Source of the DNA: Minisyncoccota bacterium | GTDB taxonomy: Bacteria > Patescibacteriota > Microgenomatia > UBA1400 > PJMF01 | Assembly (NCBI GenBank): GCA_018646985.1 | Contig: JABGTR010000022.1 | Span: 4,343 to 68,342 of the forward strand | Direction: 5' to 3' | Length of the DNA stretch: 64,000 bases | In this document: positions 28,949 through 38,527 of the stretch, piece after piece | Position numbering within the stretch: the stretch's first letter is position 1 | Layout of the letters: each line of letters begins with the position of its first letter | Position numbers and translations under genes: made by a program | The notes under the pieces: model-generated | What the model was told of the DNA's origin: nothing | The model's input: the letters and a program-made list of their open reading frames with translations, nothing else | Database searches by the model: none

Positions 28949-30877
28949 CTAGACCTCAGCTACCCTAATTACCTCTTCAATTGTAGTCAAACCACGCAGA
29001 GCCTTCAAATACCCATCTTGCTTCATCAAAAGCATCCCATTTTTTAGCCCTGCCTGCTCCAACTCTGCTGATGAAGCATTTTTCAAAATCATCTTGCTTA
29101 CCTCAGGTGAGATGGGCATAACCTCATAGATACCAATTCGCCCCTTATACTCAGGCTCATTTTGGGGACGATTTTTCTTTGGCCTATACAACACCATTTT
29201 ATTTGGATCTTTGCCATTATTTTGACACCATTGTTGATAATTATTTCCCAAAACAGCCATCACATCTTTAACTATCTCTGGCTCAGGCTGGTACTCCTCG
29301 ATAAAGTCTTGATTAATTCTTCGCACTACTCGCTGCGCCATAATCAGCTGGATACTAGAAGCCAATAAGAACGCTTCTGCCCCCATATCAACCAACCTAG
29401 GTAAAGCTCCAGCTGCAGAATTTGTATGCAAGGTAGAGAAGACTAAGTGACCAGTTAGTGAGGCCTGAATAGCTAAGCCAACGGTCTCACTATCGCGTAT
29501 TTCTCCAACCATAATAATATTGGGGTCTTGTCTTAAAAAAGACCTCAATCCATTAGCAAAAGTCAAACCTGCTTGAGGATTTATCTGGACCTGATTAATC
29601 CCATTCATCTGGTATTCGACTGGATCCTCTAGAGTCAAGATATTTACTTTGGGCGAGTTAATAATATCTAAAATAGAGTAGAGGGTAGTGGTCTTACCAG
29701 ACCCAGTTGGACCAGTGATTAAAACGATTCCATTAGGAACCTTAATCGCCTCCCTAACTCTACTCAGAGCTAGACCATCTAAACCTAAATCAGATAAAGT
29801 TGGCACCTTCATGTTTTTTTTCAGCAACCGCATCACCACTTTTTCTCCATGAACAGTAGGTAGAGTAGAAACACGCAAATCAACCTCAGCTCCCTCAGAC
29901 TCAAAACTAAAGCGTCCATCTTGGGGGACTCTTTTTTCATCAATCTTCAAACGGGATAATATTTTAATTCTGGATACTACTGCATCATGAACAGATCTGG
30001 GTAAGATTAGTTTCTCTTGCAAAATACCATCGATCCTATACCTGATACGAGTTCTCTCAATCTCTGGTTCGATATGCACATCTGAAGCCCTAGCTTTCAT
30101 CGCAAAAGATAAGACCGTCTCCACAATCTTAGTAATTGGAGCTTGCCTGACTACTCCCTGAGAAAGATCAGCTAAGCCAACCTCATTTTTATTTTTTGCA
30201 TCACTAGTTTCTTCTAAGGCTTTAGTTACCTCACCAGATAGACTTTGAGCATATCTCTCAGCAATTTTTTGCTCAATATCAGAGGAAGTAGCATAATGAG
30301 CTTCAATCCTAAAGCCAGTTTTCTGCTGAGCGAAATCAATAGCCGTCACATCTAACGGATTTTGCATTGCTACCTTTAGAACCTTGTCTTCCTCACTAAT
30401 TGAGAAAGGTAGCATTTGGTATCTACGAGCCACACTCTCTGGCAAAGCATTGAGAGCTTCTGGGGAAACCCCTATTTCTGAGATATTAATAAAAGGCACG
30501 TGATAGAGATCAGCTTTAGCCATAGTTAAAACTTCTTCAGAAACAGTTTTATTTTTCTTAAGGAGAGCCTCAATAGTTTTACCAGTACTTAACTGTTCAA
30601 CTGATAATTTTTCTGCATCTTCACTAGTTAAATGCTGCTTAGAAACTAGAATCTCTAAAATTGAATCAAGTTTTTGATCTTGATTCTGAGTCACGGCTGG
30701 TTGAACTACTGGCTGCGGGACTGGCGAAACTGGCTGATTCAAGGGAGGCGATGATGGCTGAGTTGGAGCAGGAGTTATCTGCTGGTCAGCCAGAGGAACT
30801 GTCGTCGGCTGTGCCGAAACTGGCTGAATAGGTGGTACTTGGGCAGGTTCTGTCATACAATACAAACATAATCTCAT
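28949..30877 (-). CDS. pilB: Type IV pilus assembly ATPase PilB/GspE with a Pro/Gln-rich N-terminal extension
   Basis: GSPII N-domain. Walker A GPTGSGKTTT. Walker B. His box STLHTN. The first roughly 60 aa are P/Q/V-rich. Confidence 0.85.
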   Translation of the reverse strand: MRLCLYCMTEPAQVPPIQPVSAQPTTVPLADQQITPAPTQPSSPPLNQPVSPVPQPVVQPAVTQNQDQKLDSILEILVSKQHLTSEDAEKLSVEQLSTGKTIEALLKKNKTVSEEVLTMAKADLYHVPFINISEIGVSPEALNALPESVARRYQMLPFSISEEDKVLKVAMQNPLDVTAIDFAQQKTGFRIEAHYATSSDIEQKIAERYAQSLSGEVTKALEETSDAKNKNEVGLADLSQGVVRQAPITKIVETVLSFAMKARASDVHIEPEIERTRIRYRIDGILQEKLILPRSVHDAVVSRIKILSRLKIDEKRVPQDGRFSFESEGAEVDLRVSTLPTVHGEKVVMRLLKKNMKVPTLSDLGLDGLALSRVREAIKVPNGIVLITGPTGSGKTTTLYSILDIINSPKVNILTLEDPVEYQMNGINQVQINPQAGLTFANGLRSFLRQDPNIIMVGEIRDSETVGLAIQASLTGHLVFSTLHTNSAAGALPRLVDMGAEAFLLASSIQLIMAQRVVRRINQDFIEEYQPEPEIVKDVMAVLGNNYQQWCQNNGKDPNKMVLYRPKKNRPQNEPEYKGRIGIYEVMPISPEVSKMILKNASSAELEQAGLKNGMLLMKQDGYLKALRGLTTIEEVIRVAEV

Positions 30878-30881
30878 CTTA

Positions 30882-31628
30882 TTGAGACTATCTTCTTATA
30901 CGATATACGATCCAGACATAATGAGCAACGACCAGACAAATAATAACTTCATTACCCCAATTATTTTGAGTGTTTCTTCCAGCATAAATCAAGCTGAGAT
31001 AGCAACTGAGTTTATTAGAGAAGATTTTGGTTGGGATCTGACCTTGAACTCACCTCAGCTCAAAATTATTAATCAAGATCAAGAGACCATCTCGATAGAA
31101 AATATTAGAGACATAACTAGCGAGCTATCATATGCCTCTCATTTGGGGAAACCACGGGCTTTTATATTAATCGCGGCTGATCAACTTTCAGCAGCAGCCC
31201 AGCATGCTTTTTTAAAATCATTAGAGGAACCACCTGCAAATACGTTACTACTACTAGTCTCATCAGCTAAAAACAAACTCCTTTCAACTATTCTTTCTCG
31301 TTGCATCTCTCGCATCCACTCATCAACTACAGAATCTATCTCCCTCGAAAATCTACCCACAGAGCTAGAAGACCTACTTAATGATTCAAAAAGAACTTCG
31401 TACAAACAGTTAATTGAACTATCAAACAAATACAAAGACAGGGACCAAGCACTGCAGATTATCCAGCAGCTATTGTTTATCATCCAGCAACAAAGAACCA
31501 ACACCAAACAAAAGGTAAAGTTGCAGAGTCATCTTTTAAATACCCTCAGTAATTTACACGCTAACACCAACGTAAGACTCGCTTTAGAGGACTGTTTTTT
31601 CACTCTAAAAAGAGAGTTGGGAAAGTAG
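30882..31628 (+). CDS. holB: DNA polymerase III delta-prime-like subunit (degenerate, no Walker A)
   Basis: The central motif AFLKSLEEPPANTLLLLVSSAKNKLLSTILSRC matches delta-prime (KTLEEPP...SRC). The N-terminal P-loop is not recognisable. Confidence 0.5.
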   Translation: MRLSSYTIYDPDIMSNDQTNNNFITPIILSVSSSINQAEIATEFIREDFGWDLTLNSPQLKIINQDQETISIENIRDITSELSYASHLGKPRAFILIAADQLSAAAQHAFLKSLEEPPANTLLLLVSSAKNKLLSTILSRCISRIHSSTTESISLENLPTELEDLLNDSKRTSYKQLIELSNKYKDRDQALQIIQQLLFIIQQQRTNTKQKVKLQSHLLNTLSNLHANTNVRLALEDCFFTLKRELGK

Positions 31629-31707
31629 TACTTAATAATACTAATCCATAAAAACCCGATTTTGACACCTCTCAATGGCTTTAATTGAGAGCTAGCTCTT
31701 CCTTTTT

Positions 31708-33750
31708 ATGCTACAGTATGATAAAACAAATATCTCTATGTCAGCTGCAGCCAAATACGATGCCAAACAAATTAAACTCCTTCAAGGGTTAGAGCCGGTC
31801 CGAAAAAGGCCTGGGATGTACATCGGTTCAACCGATACCAAGGGCCTTCATCACTTGGCTAAAGAAATCCTAGATAACTCAGTTGATGAAGCTATTGCTG
31901 GTTTTGGTAAAAAGATTCAGTTGATTAGAACTACTCCCAATGAAGTCCACCAAAAGCTGAGCCCCAAAGGAGCTTTGGGCAATGAAGCCATTATCGTAGT
32001 TGATAACGGCCGTGGTATTCCGACTGGAAAACATGAGTCTGGTTTATCAGCTATGGAAGTAGTTATGACCAAGCTTCATGCTGGTGGTAAGTTCGAAGAA
32101 ACTGCCTATCAAGCTTCAGGAGGTCTTCACGGAGTTGGATCTTCTGCTGTCAACGCCGTCTCTTCAGCCATGCAGGTCATCTCCAAAAGAGATGATAAGT
32201 ATCATTACCAAACCTACTCTCAAGGTATACCAAAGAGTAAAGTAAAGGTAATTAGTGAATCAGAAGTTAAAGAACTATTTCCAACAGCATCAAAAGAATT
32301 TGTTAACTATCAAACAGGCACAATAGTTTGTTTTGTTCCTGACACAACTATTTTTTCTACCACAGATTTTAATCAAAATGTTTTAACTCAAGTGACTAAA
32401 GACAGAGCTTACTTAATGGCTGGCCTTTACTTTGAGTTTATCGATCTGATTGGCAACGATCATCAACACTTCTACTTTGAAAATGGAATTCGCTCACTGG
32501 TCACTCACATTAATATGACCAGGAAACCTTTGCATGAGGTATTCCATACTGATAAGTTTTGGAAGGATGAAGAAACTGGTAAACAAATCGGGGTAGAGGT
32601 AGCCCTCCAGTACAATGATTCATTTAATGTTAAAGTAGACAGCTATGTTAATGTCATTAGCACTCCTGATGGCGGGACCCACATCAATGGTTTCAGAACT
32701 GCTCTAAGTAAAGTCTTGCGAGATTATGCCGAGAAGAATGAGATCCTCAAAACTGGAGAATCATTCACTATCGATGACTCGATGGAAGGTCTAACTGCAG
32801 TCGTGTTTGTCAAAATGTCAGCCAATGATCTCCAATTTGAATCTCAAACTAAAGCTAAACTTAATAACGCTGAAGCTCAACCCGCTGTTTATTATGTGGT
32901 TAAAAATGCTTTCACCACTTTCTTGGAAGAAAATCCTAAGATTGGTCGTACTATCGTCAATAAAATTTTATTAGCCTCTAGAGCTAGACTCGCTGCTCGC
33001 GCTGCTAAAGATGCGGTAGTGCGAAAAGGTGTCTTAGAAGGTAGCTCTTTGCCAGGTAAACTAGCTGACTGTCAAAGCAGAAAAGCAGAAGAGGCAGAAA
33101 TCTATATTGTTGAGGGTGACTCTGCTGGTGGCACTGCCAAACAGGGCCGTGACCGAAAATTCCAAGCTATTTTCCCACTTCGAGGTAAGATTCTTAACAC
33201 TGAAAGAGCTAGACTTGATAGAGTAGTTGCTTTTGAAGAACTCAAAAACTTAGTGATTGCCCTTGGCGCTGGAATTGGAGAAACTTTCGATATTTCTAAT
33301 TTACGATATCATCGAATTATCCTAATGAACGATGCTGATGTCGATGGTGAGCACATTACTACCCTGGGACTAACTTTCTTCTTTAGGCATTTGCCAGAAG
33401 TAGTTAAACAGGGCTACTTATATGTAGCTGTACCACCGCTCTACAAACTTACTTATGGGAAGAACGAAGCTTATGTTTACACGGAAGACGCCAAAGAAGC
33501 AAAGCTTAAGGAAATAAACAAAACTTATAAGGGTGTCCTTAAAACCCAACGTTATAAGGGTTTGGGTGAAATGAATGCCGTCCAACTCTGGGATACCACC
33601 ATGAACCCAGAAACTAGAATCTTAAAAAAGATTACTATTGCCGATGCTGAGATTGCTGATCAAACCTTTAGTGACTTAATGGGTGATGATGTAGCTCCAC
33701 GTAAAAAATTCATCCAAAAACAAGCTCAATTTGCCAAGATAGATATTTAA
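31708..33750 (+). CDS. gyrB: DNA gyrase subunit B
   Basis: GLEPVRKRPGMYIGST, EGDSAGG and Toprim PLRGKILN motifs. Confidence 0.95.
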   Translation: MLQYDKTNISMSAAAKYDAKQIKLLQGLEPVRKRPGMYIGSTDTKGLHHLAKEILDNSVDEAIAGFGKKIQLIRTTPNEVHQKLSPKGALGNEAIIVVDNGRGIPTGKHESGLSAMEVVMTKLHAGGKFEETAYQASGGLHGVGSSAVNAVSSAMQVISKRDDKYHYQTYSQGIPKSKVKVISESEVKELFPTASKEFVNYQTGTIVCFVPDTTIFSTTDFNQNVLTQVTKDRAYLMAGLYFEFIDLIGNDHQHFYFENGIRSLVTHINMTRKPLHEVFHTDKFWKDEETGKQIGVEVALQYNDSFNVKVDSYVNVISTPDGGTHINGFRTALSKVLRDYAEKNEILKTGESFTIDDSMEGLTAVVFVKMSANDLQFESQTKAKLNNAEAQPAVYYVVKNAFTTFLEENPKIGRTIVNKILLASRARLAARAAKDAVVRKGVLEGSSLPGKLADCQSRKAEEAEIYIVEGDSAGGTAKQGRDRKFQAIFPLRGKILNTERARLDRVVAFEELKNLVIALGAGIGETFDISNLRYHRIILMNDADVDGEHITTLGLTFFFRHLPEVVKQGYLYVAVPPLYKLTYGKNEAYVYTEDAKEAKLKEINKTYKGVLKTQRYKGLGEMNAVQLWDTTMNPETRILKKITIADAEIADQTFSDLMGDDVAPRKKFIQKQAQFAKIDI

Positions 33751-33767
33751 TAGTTAATAAAAAAATT

Positions 33768-34715
33768 ATGCCAACTACCTACATCATCGGCCACAAAAAA
33801 CCTGACACTGACTCAGTAGTAGCAGCAATGGCATTGCAGTATCTCTACCAACAACGAGATTGCTTTGAATATGAACAACCTCGAGCAGCTATTGTTGACC
33901 CCTTAAATCCAGAAACCAGTTACCTATTTGATAAATTTGAAGTAGAAACACCTCAGTTGATTACTACTAGCGATATGGGCTCAGATGATCAAGTTGTTTT
34001 AGTTGACCACAATGAGGCTTCACAAAGACTTGGGGGTTTAAGTGAAGATCAAATTGTAGATGTGATTGACCACCACAAGGTTAATTTAAACCTAAGCAAA
34101 CCCATCTACATGACTTTTAAAACTTGGGGCTCAAGCTGTACGATTGTTTATCATTTGATGAAACAAAATGACGTTGTCCCAGATCAAAAATTAGCCTCAC
34201 TGATGTTAGCTGCAATCCTATCTGACACCGTTGGCTTTAAAGGTGCTACCACAGATGAAACTGATAAAAAATATGGCCAAGAATTAGCAGAGATTGCCCA
34301 AATAAATAACATTGATGCCTTTGCTTTAGAGATATTTAAGGCAAAATCAGATATCAGTGCTTTAAATAATAAAGAAATTGTCCAAAATGACTATAAAATC
34401 TATGAATTTTCTCAGAAGACTTTTATTAGCCAGCTGGAAACAGTCGAGCAAGAATCATTAGTTACTACTAAAAAAGATGAACTCTTAGCAGCTATGCTGG
34501 AGGTCAAAAAACAACAAAGCGTAGAACTACTATTCGTGGCAGTGACCGATGTCTTAAAAGTAAGCACAAAGCTACTACTAGCTGGTGAAGAAGAAATTGC
34601 TATCGCTCAGGCAGCTTTTGGTGGAACTGCCATTGATAACATCTTAGATATTGGACCAAAAATGTCACGTAAAAAAGAAATCGCACCAGCAATTGAAGAG
34701 GTACTAAAAAGATAG
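33768..34715 (+). CDS. ppaC: DHH/DHHA2 family II (Mn-dependent) inorganic pyrophosphatase
   Basis: GHKKPDTDS, VDHNE and DHHK motifs. The C-terminal MSRKKEIAPAIEEV resembles the family II PPase signature. Confidence 0.6.
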   Translation: MPTTYIIGHKKPDTDSVVAAMALQYLYQQRDCFEYEQPRAAIVDPLNPETSYLFDKFEVETPQLITTSDMGSDDQVVLVDHNEASQRLGGLSEDQIVDVIDHHKVNLNLSKPIYMTFKTWGSSCTIVYHLMKQNDVVPDQKLASLMLAAILSDTVGFKGATTDETDKKYGQELAEIAQINNIDAFALEIFKAKSDISALNNKEIVQNDYKIYEFSQKTFISQLETVEQESLVTTKKDELLAAMLEVKKQQSVELLFVAVTDVLKVSTKLLLAGEEEIAIAQAAFGGTAIDNILDIGPKMSRKKEIAPAIEEVLKR

Positions 34716-34721
34716 AAAATT

Positions 34722-37469
34722 ATGACCGATCAAGACAATCAAACTCCAGCAGAAACAGTTCAAGAAGAAACCGTAGTTAATGGTGACGCCGCTAAGATCG
34801 GCACCATTGAACAAACCAAGTACGGCAAGATGAACTACATCTCAATTACCACAGAGATGGAAAAATCTTATCTAGATTACGCCATGAGCGTCATCGTCTC
34901 TAGAGCCCTTCCAGATGTCAGAGATGGCCTAAAGCCAGTCCACCGTCGTATTTTATTCTCAATGTATAAAAGTGGTATCCATCATCACAGCTCTTACAAG
35001 AAGTCTGCTCGTATCGTTGGTGACGTGTTGGGTAAATATCACCCCCATGGTGATGCTCCTGTTTACGGAGCTTTAGTTAGATTAGCTCAAGATTTTAGTA
35101 TGCGCTATATGTTAATTGATGGCCAAGGTAACTTTGGTTCAGTTGATGGCGATAGTCCAGCAGCCATGCGTTACACAGAAGCTAGAATGGCTAAAATTTC
35201 TCAAGAGTTGCTCCAAGATTTAAATAAAGATACTGTCAAGTTTTTAGATAACTTTGATGGTTCCCTACAAGAACCTTACGTTTTGCCAGCCAAACTACCT
35301 AATTTATTATTGATGGGAGCTGAAGGTATTGCTGTGGGTATGGCTACTAAGATCCCACCCAACAACTTAACTGAAGTCTGTGAAACTATTGTCGAAATGA
35401 TCGAGGGTGGTAAAGCCATTGTTGATATAGATGTGACTGAACGCATTAGTAAACTTCAAACAGAGATTGAACAGATCTCAAAAAAAGATGAGCATAAAAT
35501 TACTAGCTCCAAACTAATTGATCTCTACCTACAGGAAGAAGCTGGGAAACTAGCCGGAGAGTTCCAAGCTGAGATCACTTTTGATCAAATTATGGATCAC
35601 ATCAAGGGCCCAGACTTTCCTACTGGCGGTATCATCTATGACTTCAACAGTATCAAAGAAGCCTACCAAACTGGAAAAGGTAAGATAATTATTCGTGCTC
35701 AAGCCAGAATTGAAGAAGACAAACCAGGTAGATTTAAGATTTTAGTAACTGAGCTTCCATATCAGGTCAATAAAGCCAGACTCTTAATGAAAATTGCTGA
35801 CTTAGTTAAGAATGGTCGCATCGAAGGTATTCGTGACCTGAACGATGACTCCGATAGAACTGGGATGCAGATTACCATCGATCTCAAGAAAAATTCTCGG
35901 CCAAAAGTGGTCCTGAACAAGCTCTTCAAGTACTCACAACTCCAGACTAGTTTCCCAGTCAACATGGTGGCCCTGTCTAGTAATGGCACCCCCCAATTAA
36001 TGAACGTCAAGCAAATTTTAAGAGAATTTATTAATCACCGCCAATTAGTAATTGTCAGACGCAGTCAGTATGACTTGGCAGAAGCTAGGGATAGAGCTCA
36101 CATCTTAGAAGGATTACTAATTGCTCTTAATAACTTAGATGATGTCATTGCTACTATTCGTAAATCCAAAGATACTGACACCGCCAAGAAGTCATTGATG
36201 AGTAAGTTTGAATTAAGTGAGATTCAGTCTATCGCTATTCTTGAAATGCAGCTCAAAAGACTGGCTGCTCTAGAGCGACAGAAGATCGAAGATGAGTATA
36301 AAGCCATTAAAAAAATTATTGACGACCTCTTGACTTTGATCAGTGATCCTAAAGCTATTTTAAAAGTCATTGTAGATGAGACTAAACAACTAATTGCTGA
36401 TTATGGAGATGATCGCCGCACCAAACTAGTCAAAAGTAAGGTCGGTGAGTTCAATGAAGAAGATCTAGTTGCTAATGAAGCCGCCGTGATTACCCTGACT
36501 GAATCTGGTTACATCAAACGGATGAGCCCATCAGCCCTCAGATCTCAATCTAGAGGTGGAAAAGGCTCCAAAGGTCTAAGTATGAAAGAAGAAGACTTGG
36601 TTAAATCAATTGTCTTTACTGAAACTCATGACAACTTACTCTTGTTCACCAATCAAGGACGAGTTTTTGACCTCAAATCATTCCAGGTTCCAGAAGCTAG
36701 CCGCCAGGCTAGGGGCACAGCTACTGTTAACTTAATTAATCTTAAGCCAGAGGAAAATGTTCAATCTATTCTAGTGGTAGACCTTAAGAAAGATCAGAAT
36801 AAATTCATCACTTTGGCAACCAAGAATGGATTAGTCAAAAAGAGCTCTGTTAAATTATATGAAAATATTCGCCAATCAGGGATTATCGCCATCACTCTCA
36901 ATAAAGATGATGAGGTGGTCAGAGGGCAACTCACTCATGGTGAAGATCACATCTTGCTGACTACTAAACAGGGTAAGTCTATTCGCTTTCTAGAGAAAGA
37001 AGTTAAAAGTTCTAGCCGAGATACTAAAGGCGTAAAGGGAATTACTATTAAGAAAGATGACTATGTGATTGGAATGGAAGCTTTCTCTGATGAAACAGAA
37101 GTGGTGGGCGACAGAACAGTCGACAAACAACTTTTGGTAGTAACCGAGAATGGTCTAGGTAAACGTACCAAACTGAAAGCCTACCCGGTCCAAAAACGCT
37201 CTGGAATGGGTGTTAAGGTAGCAGACGTCACCAAAAAGACTGGTCTTATCGCTTCAGTGCGATTAGTTAAACCTACTCACAAGCAGTTGGTGATTGGTAC
37301 CAAATCAGGTCAGACTATTAAAATGCCAATCACTAAAAAATCTATTCCTACTTTGACTAGACCAACTCAAGGAGTAATTCTAATGAGACTCAAAAAGAGT
37401 GATAAGGTGGTGGCCGTTACCCTGACTGAAGAAATTGAGATTGAAGAAGAAGCAACTCCAAAGAAATAA
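34722..37469 (+). CDS. gyrA: DNA gyrase subunit A
   Basis: YAMSVIVSRALPDVRDGLKPVHRRIL. Active-site Tyr region. C-terminal beta-pinwheel repeats. Confidence 0.95.
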   Translation: MTDQDNQTPAETVQEETVVNGDAAKIGTIEQTKYGKMNYISITTEMEKSYLDYAMSVIVSRALPDVRDGLKPVHRRILFSMYKSGIHHHSSYKKSARIVGDVLGKYHPHGDAPVYGALVRLAQDFSMRYMLIDGQGNFGSVDGDSPAAMRYTEARMAKISQELLQDLNKDTVKFLDNFDGSLQEPYVLPAKLPNLLLMGAEGIAVGMATKIPPNNLTEVCETIVEMIEGGKAIVDIDVTERISKLQTEIEQISKKDEHKITSSKLIDLYLQEEAGKLAGEFQAEITFDQIMDHIKGPDFPTGGIIYDFNSIKEAYQTGKGKIIIRAQARIEEDKPGRFKILVTELPYQVNKARLLMKIADLVKNGRIEGIRDLNDDSDRTGMQITIDLKKNSRPKVVLNKLFKYSQLQTSFPVNMVALSSNGTPQLMNVKQILREFINHRQLVIVRRSQYDLAEARDRAHILEGLLIALNNLDDVIATIRKSKDTDTAKKSLMSKFELSEIQSIAILEMQLKRLAALERQKIEDEYKAIKKIIDDLLTLISDPKAILKVIVDETKQLIADYGDDRRTKLVKSKVGEFNEEDLVANEAAVITLTESGYIKRMSPSALRSQSRGGKGSKGLSMKEEDLVKSIVFTETHDNLLLFTNQGRVFDLKSFQVPEASRQARGTATVNLINLKPEENVQSILVVDLKKDQNKFITLATKNGLVKKSSVKLYENIRQSGIIAITLNKDDEVVRGQLTHGEDHILLTTKQGKSIRFLEKEVKSSSRDTKGVKGITIKKDDYVIGMEAFSDETEVVGDRTVDKQLLVVTENGLGKRTKLKAYPVQKRSGMGVKVADVTKKTGLIASVRLVKPTHKQLVIGTKSGQTIKMPITKKSIPTLTRPTQGVILMRLKKSDKVVAVTLTEEIEIEEEATPKK

Positions 37470-37476
37470 TAATTTG

Positions 37477-37550
37477 TGGACCTGAGGGGATTCGAACCCC
37501 TGACCTCCTGTATGCCATACAGGCGCGCTAGCCAACTGCGCCACAGGCCC
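37477..37550 (-). tRNA. tRNA-Ala (anticodon GGC)
   Basis: Reverse complement GGGCCTGTGGCGCAGTTGGCTAGCGCGCCTGTATGGCATACAGGAGGTCAGGGGTTCGAATCCCCTCAGGTCCA. A G3:U70 pair is present. CCA is not encoded. Confidence 0.85.
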
Positions 37551-37655
37551 TTTTATTTATTTTTAAAAGAGAAAACTCATTTTACCACGGAATCATCCCT
37601 AGCAAAACGCTTTTTGTTACACTTCTGATAGGCATGGCCATTCATAGTAAGTTCA

Positions 37656-38039
37656 GTGAAAAAACTTACCAAACATTGGCTCTCATTAGCAGAAAAAGAT
37701 TTTCTGGCTGCAGACTATCTTTTCAATGGTGCTCGTTACCCTCACGCCATTTACTTTTTATGTCAAGCAATCGAAAAAATACTCAAGGCAGATTTAATTG
37801 AATCCTCAGATTCAAAGCCACCACATACCCACAATCTATCTAGTCTAGTAAGAAAAGTATCATTTAAAATACCAGCTAATAATAAAGTCGCCATTGAAGA
37901 GCTAGACAAACACTATAAAAGAGTCAGATATCCAGACATTGCTCAAGTATCGTATAATACTAAAAAGAAAATTTTACCAATATTTAATCATGGTAAGAAA
38001 ATATATTTATGGATAAGAAATCAATTCAAAAAAAATTAG
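37656..38039 (+). CDS. HEPN-domain protein, the putative toxin of a HEPN/MNT module
   Basis: HEPN hallmarks: A..DL..A..L...G.Y..A.F..QQA.EK.LKA, THNL and RVRYPD. Confidence 0.65.
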   Translation: MKKLTKHWLSLAEKDFLAADYLFNGARYPHAIYFLCQAIEKILKADLIESSDSKPPHTHNLSSLVRKVSFKIPANNKVAIEELDKHYKRVRYPDIAQVSYNTKKKILPIFNHGKKIYLWIRNQFKKN

Positions 38040-38326
38040 TAAAATTTTTATATAAACTCAAGAAAAAAATTAGAGTTAATCAAATTATTGTCTTTGGCTC
38101 ACGCGCTAATGGGAATGCACATGAAGATAGCGATCTAGATCTTTTTATATTATCAGATGATTTTAAAAAAATGAACGAAGATCAACGTCTAGATTTATTA
38201 CATAAAGTAGCATCAAAAATAGATTTTGATATTGATCCATGGGGATTTACACCCAAAGAAGCAGAACAAGCCGATCCTCAAACTACTTTAGGTGATGCTT
38301 ACTTGCATGGAATAAGATTGATTTAA
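38009..38326 (+). CDS. Minimal nucleotidyltransferase (MNT), the putative antitoxin partner of the HEPN protein
   Basis: NTase motif VFGSRANGNAHEDSDLDLFIL (GS...D.D). It overlaps the HEPN gene. Confidence 0.72.
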   Translation: MDKKSIQKKLVKFLYKLKKKIRVNQIIVFGSRANGNAHEDSDLDLFILSDDFKKMNEDQRLDLLHKVASKIDFDIDPWGFTPKEAEQADPQTTLGDAYLHGIRLI

Positions 38327-38527
38327 ATCAATCAAAATACTAATTAATATATCTATCTATTTAGCAATAGATCAATTATTCACCAAATTGAAGAGTAGGG
38401 GAGTGATAAAAAAATACCCACAAGTTAGACCGATGTATCAAGACTAATATTTAGATAACCCTATTAGCAGTCATTAAGCTACTCTGCTAATGACCGATAA
38501 CAAAAAATCCACTTACTTTAGCTAAAT

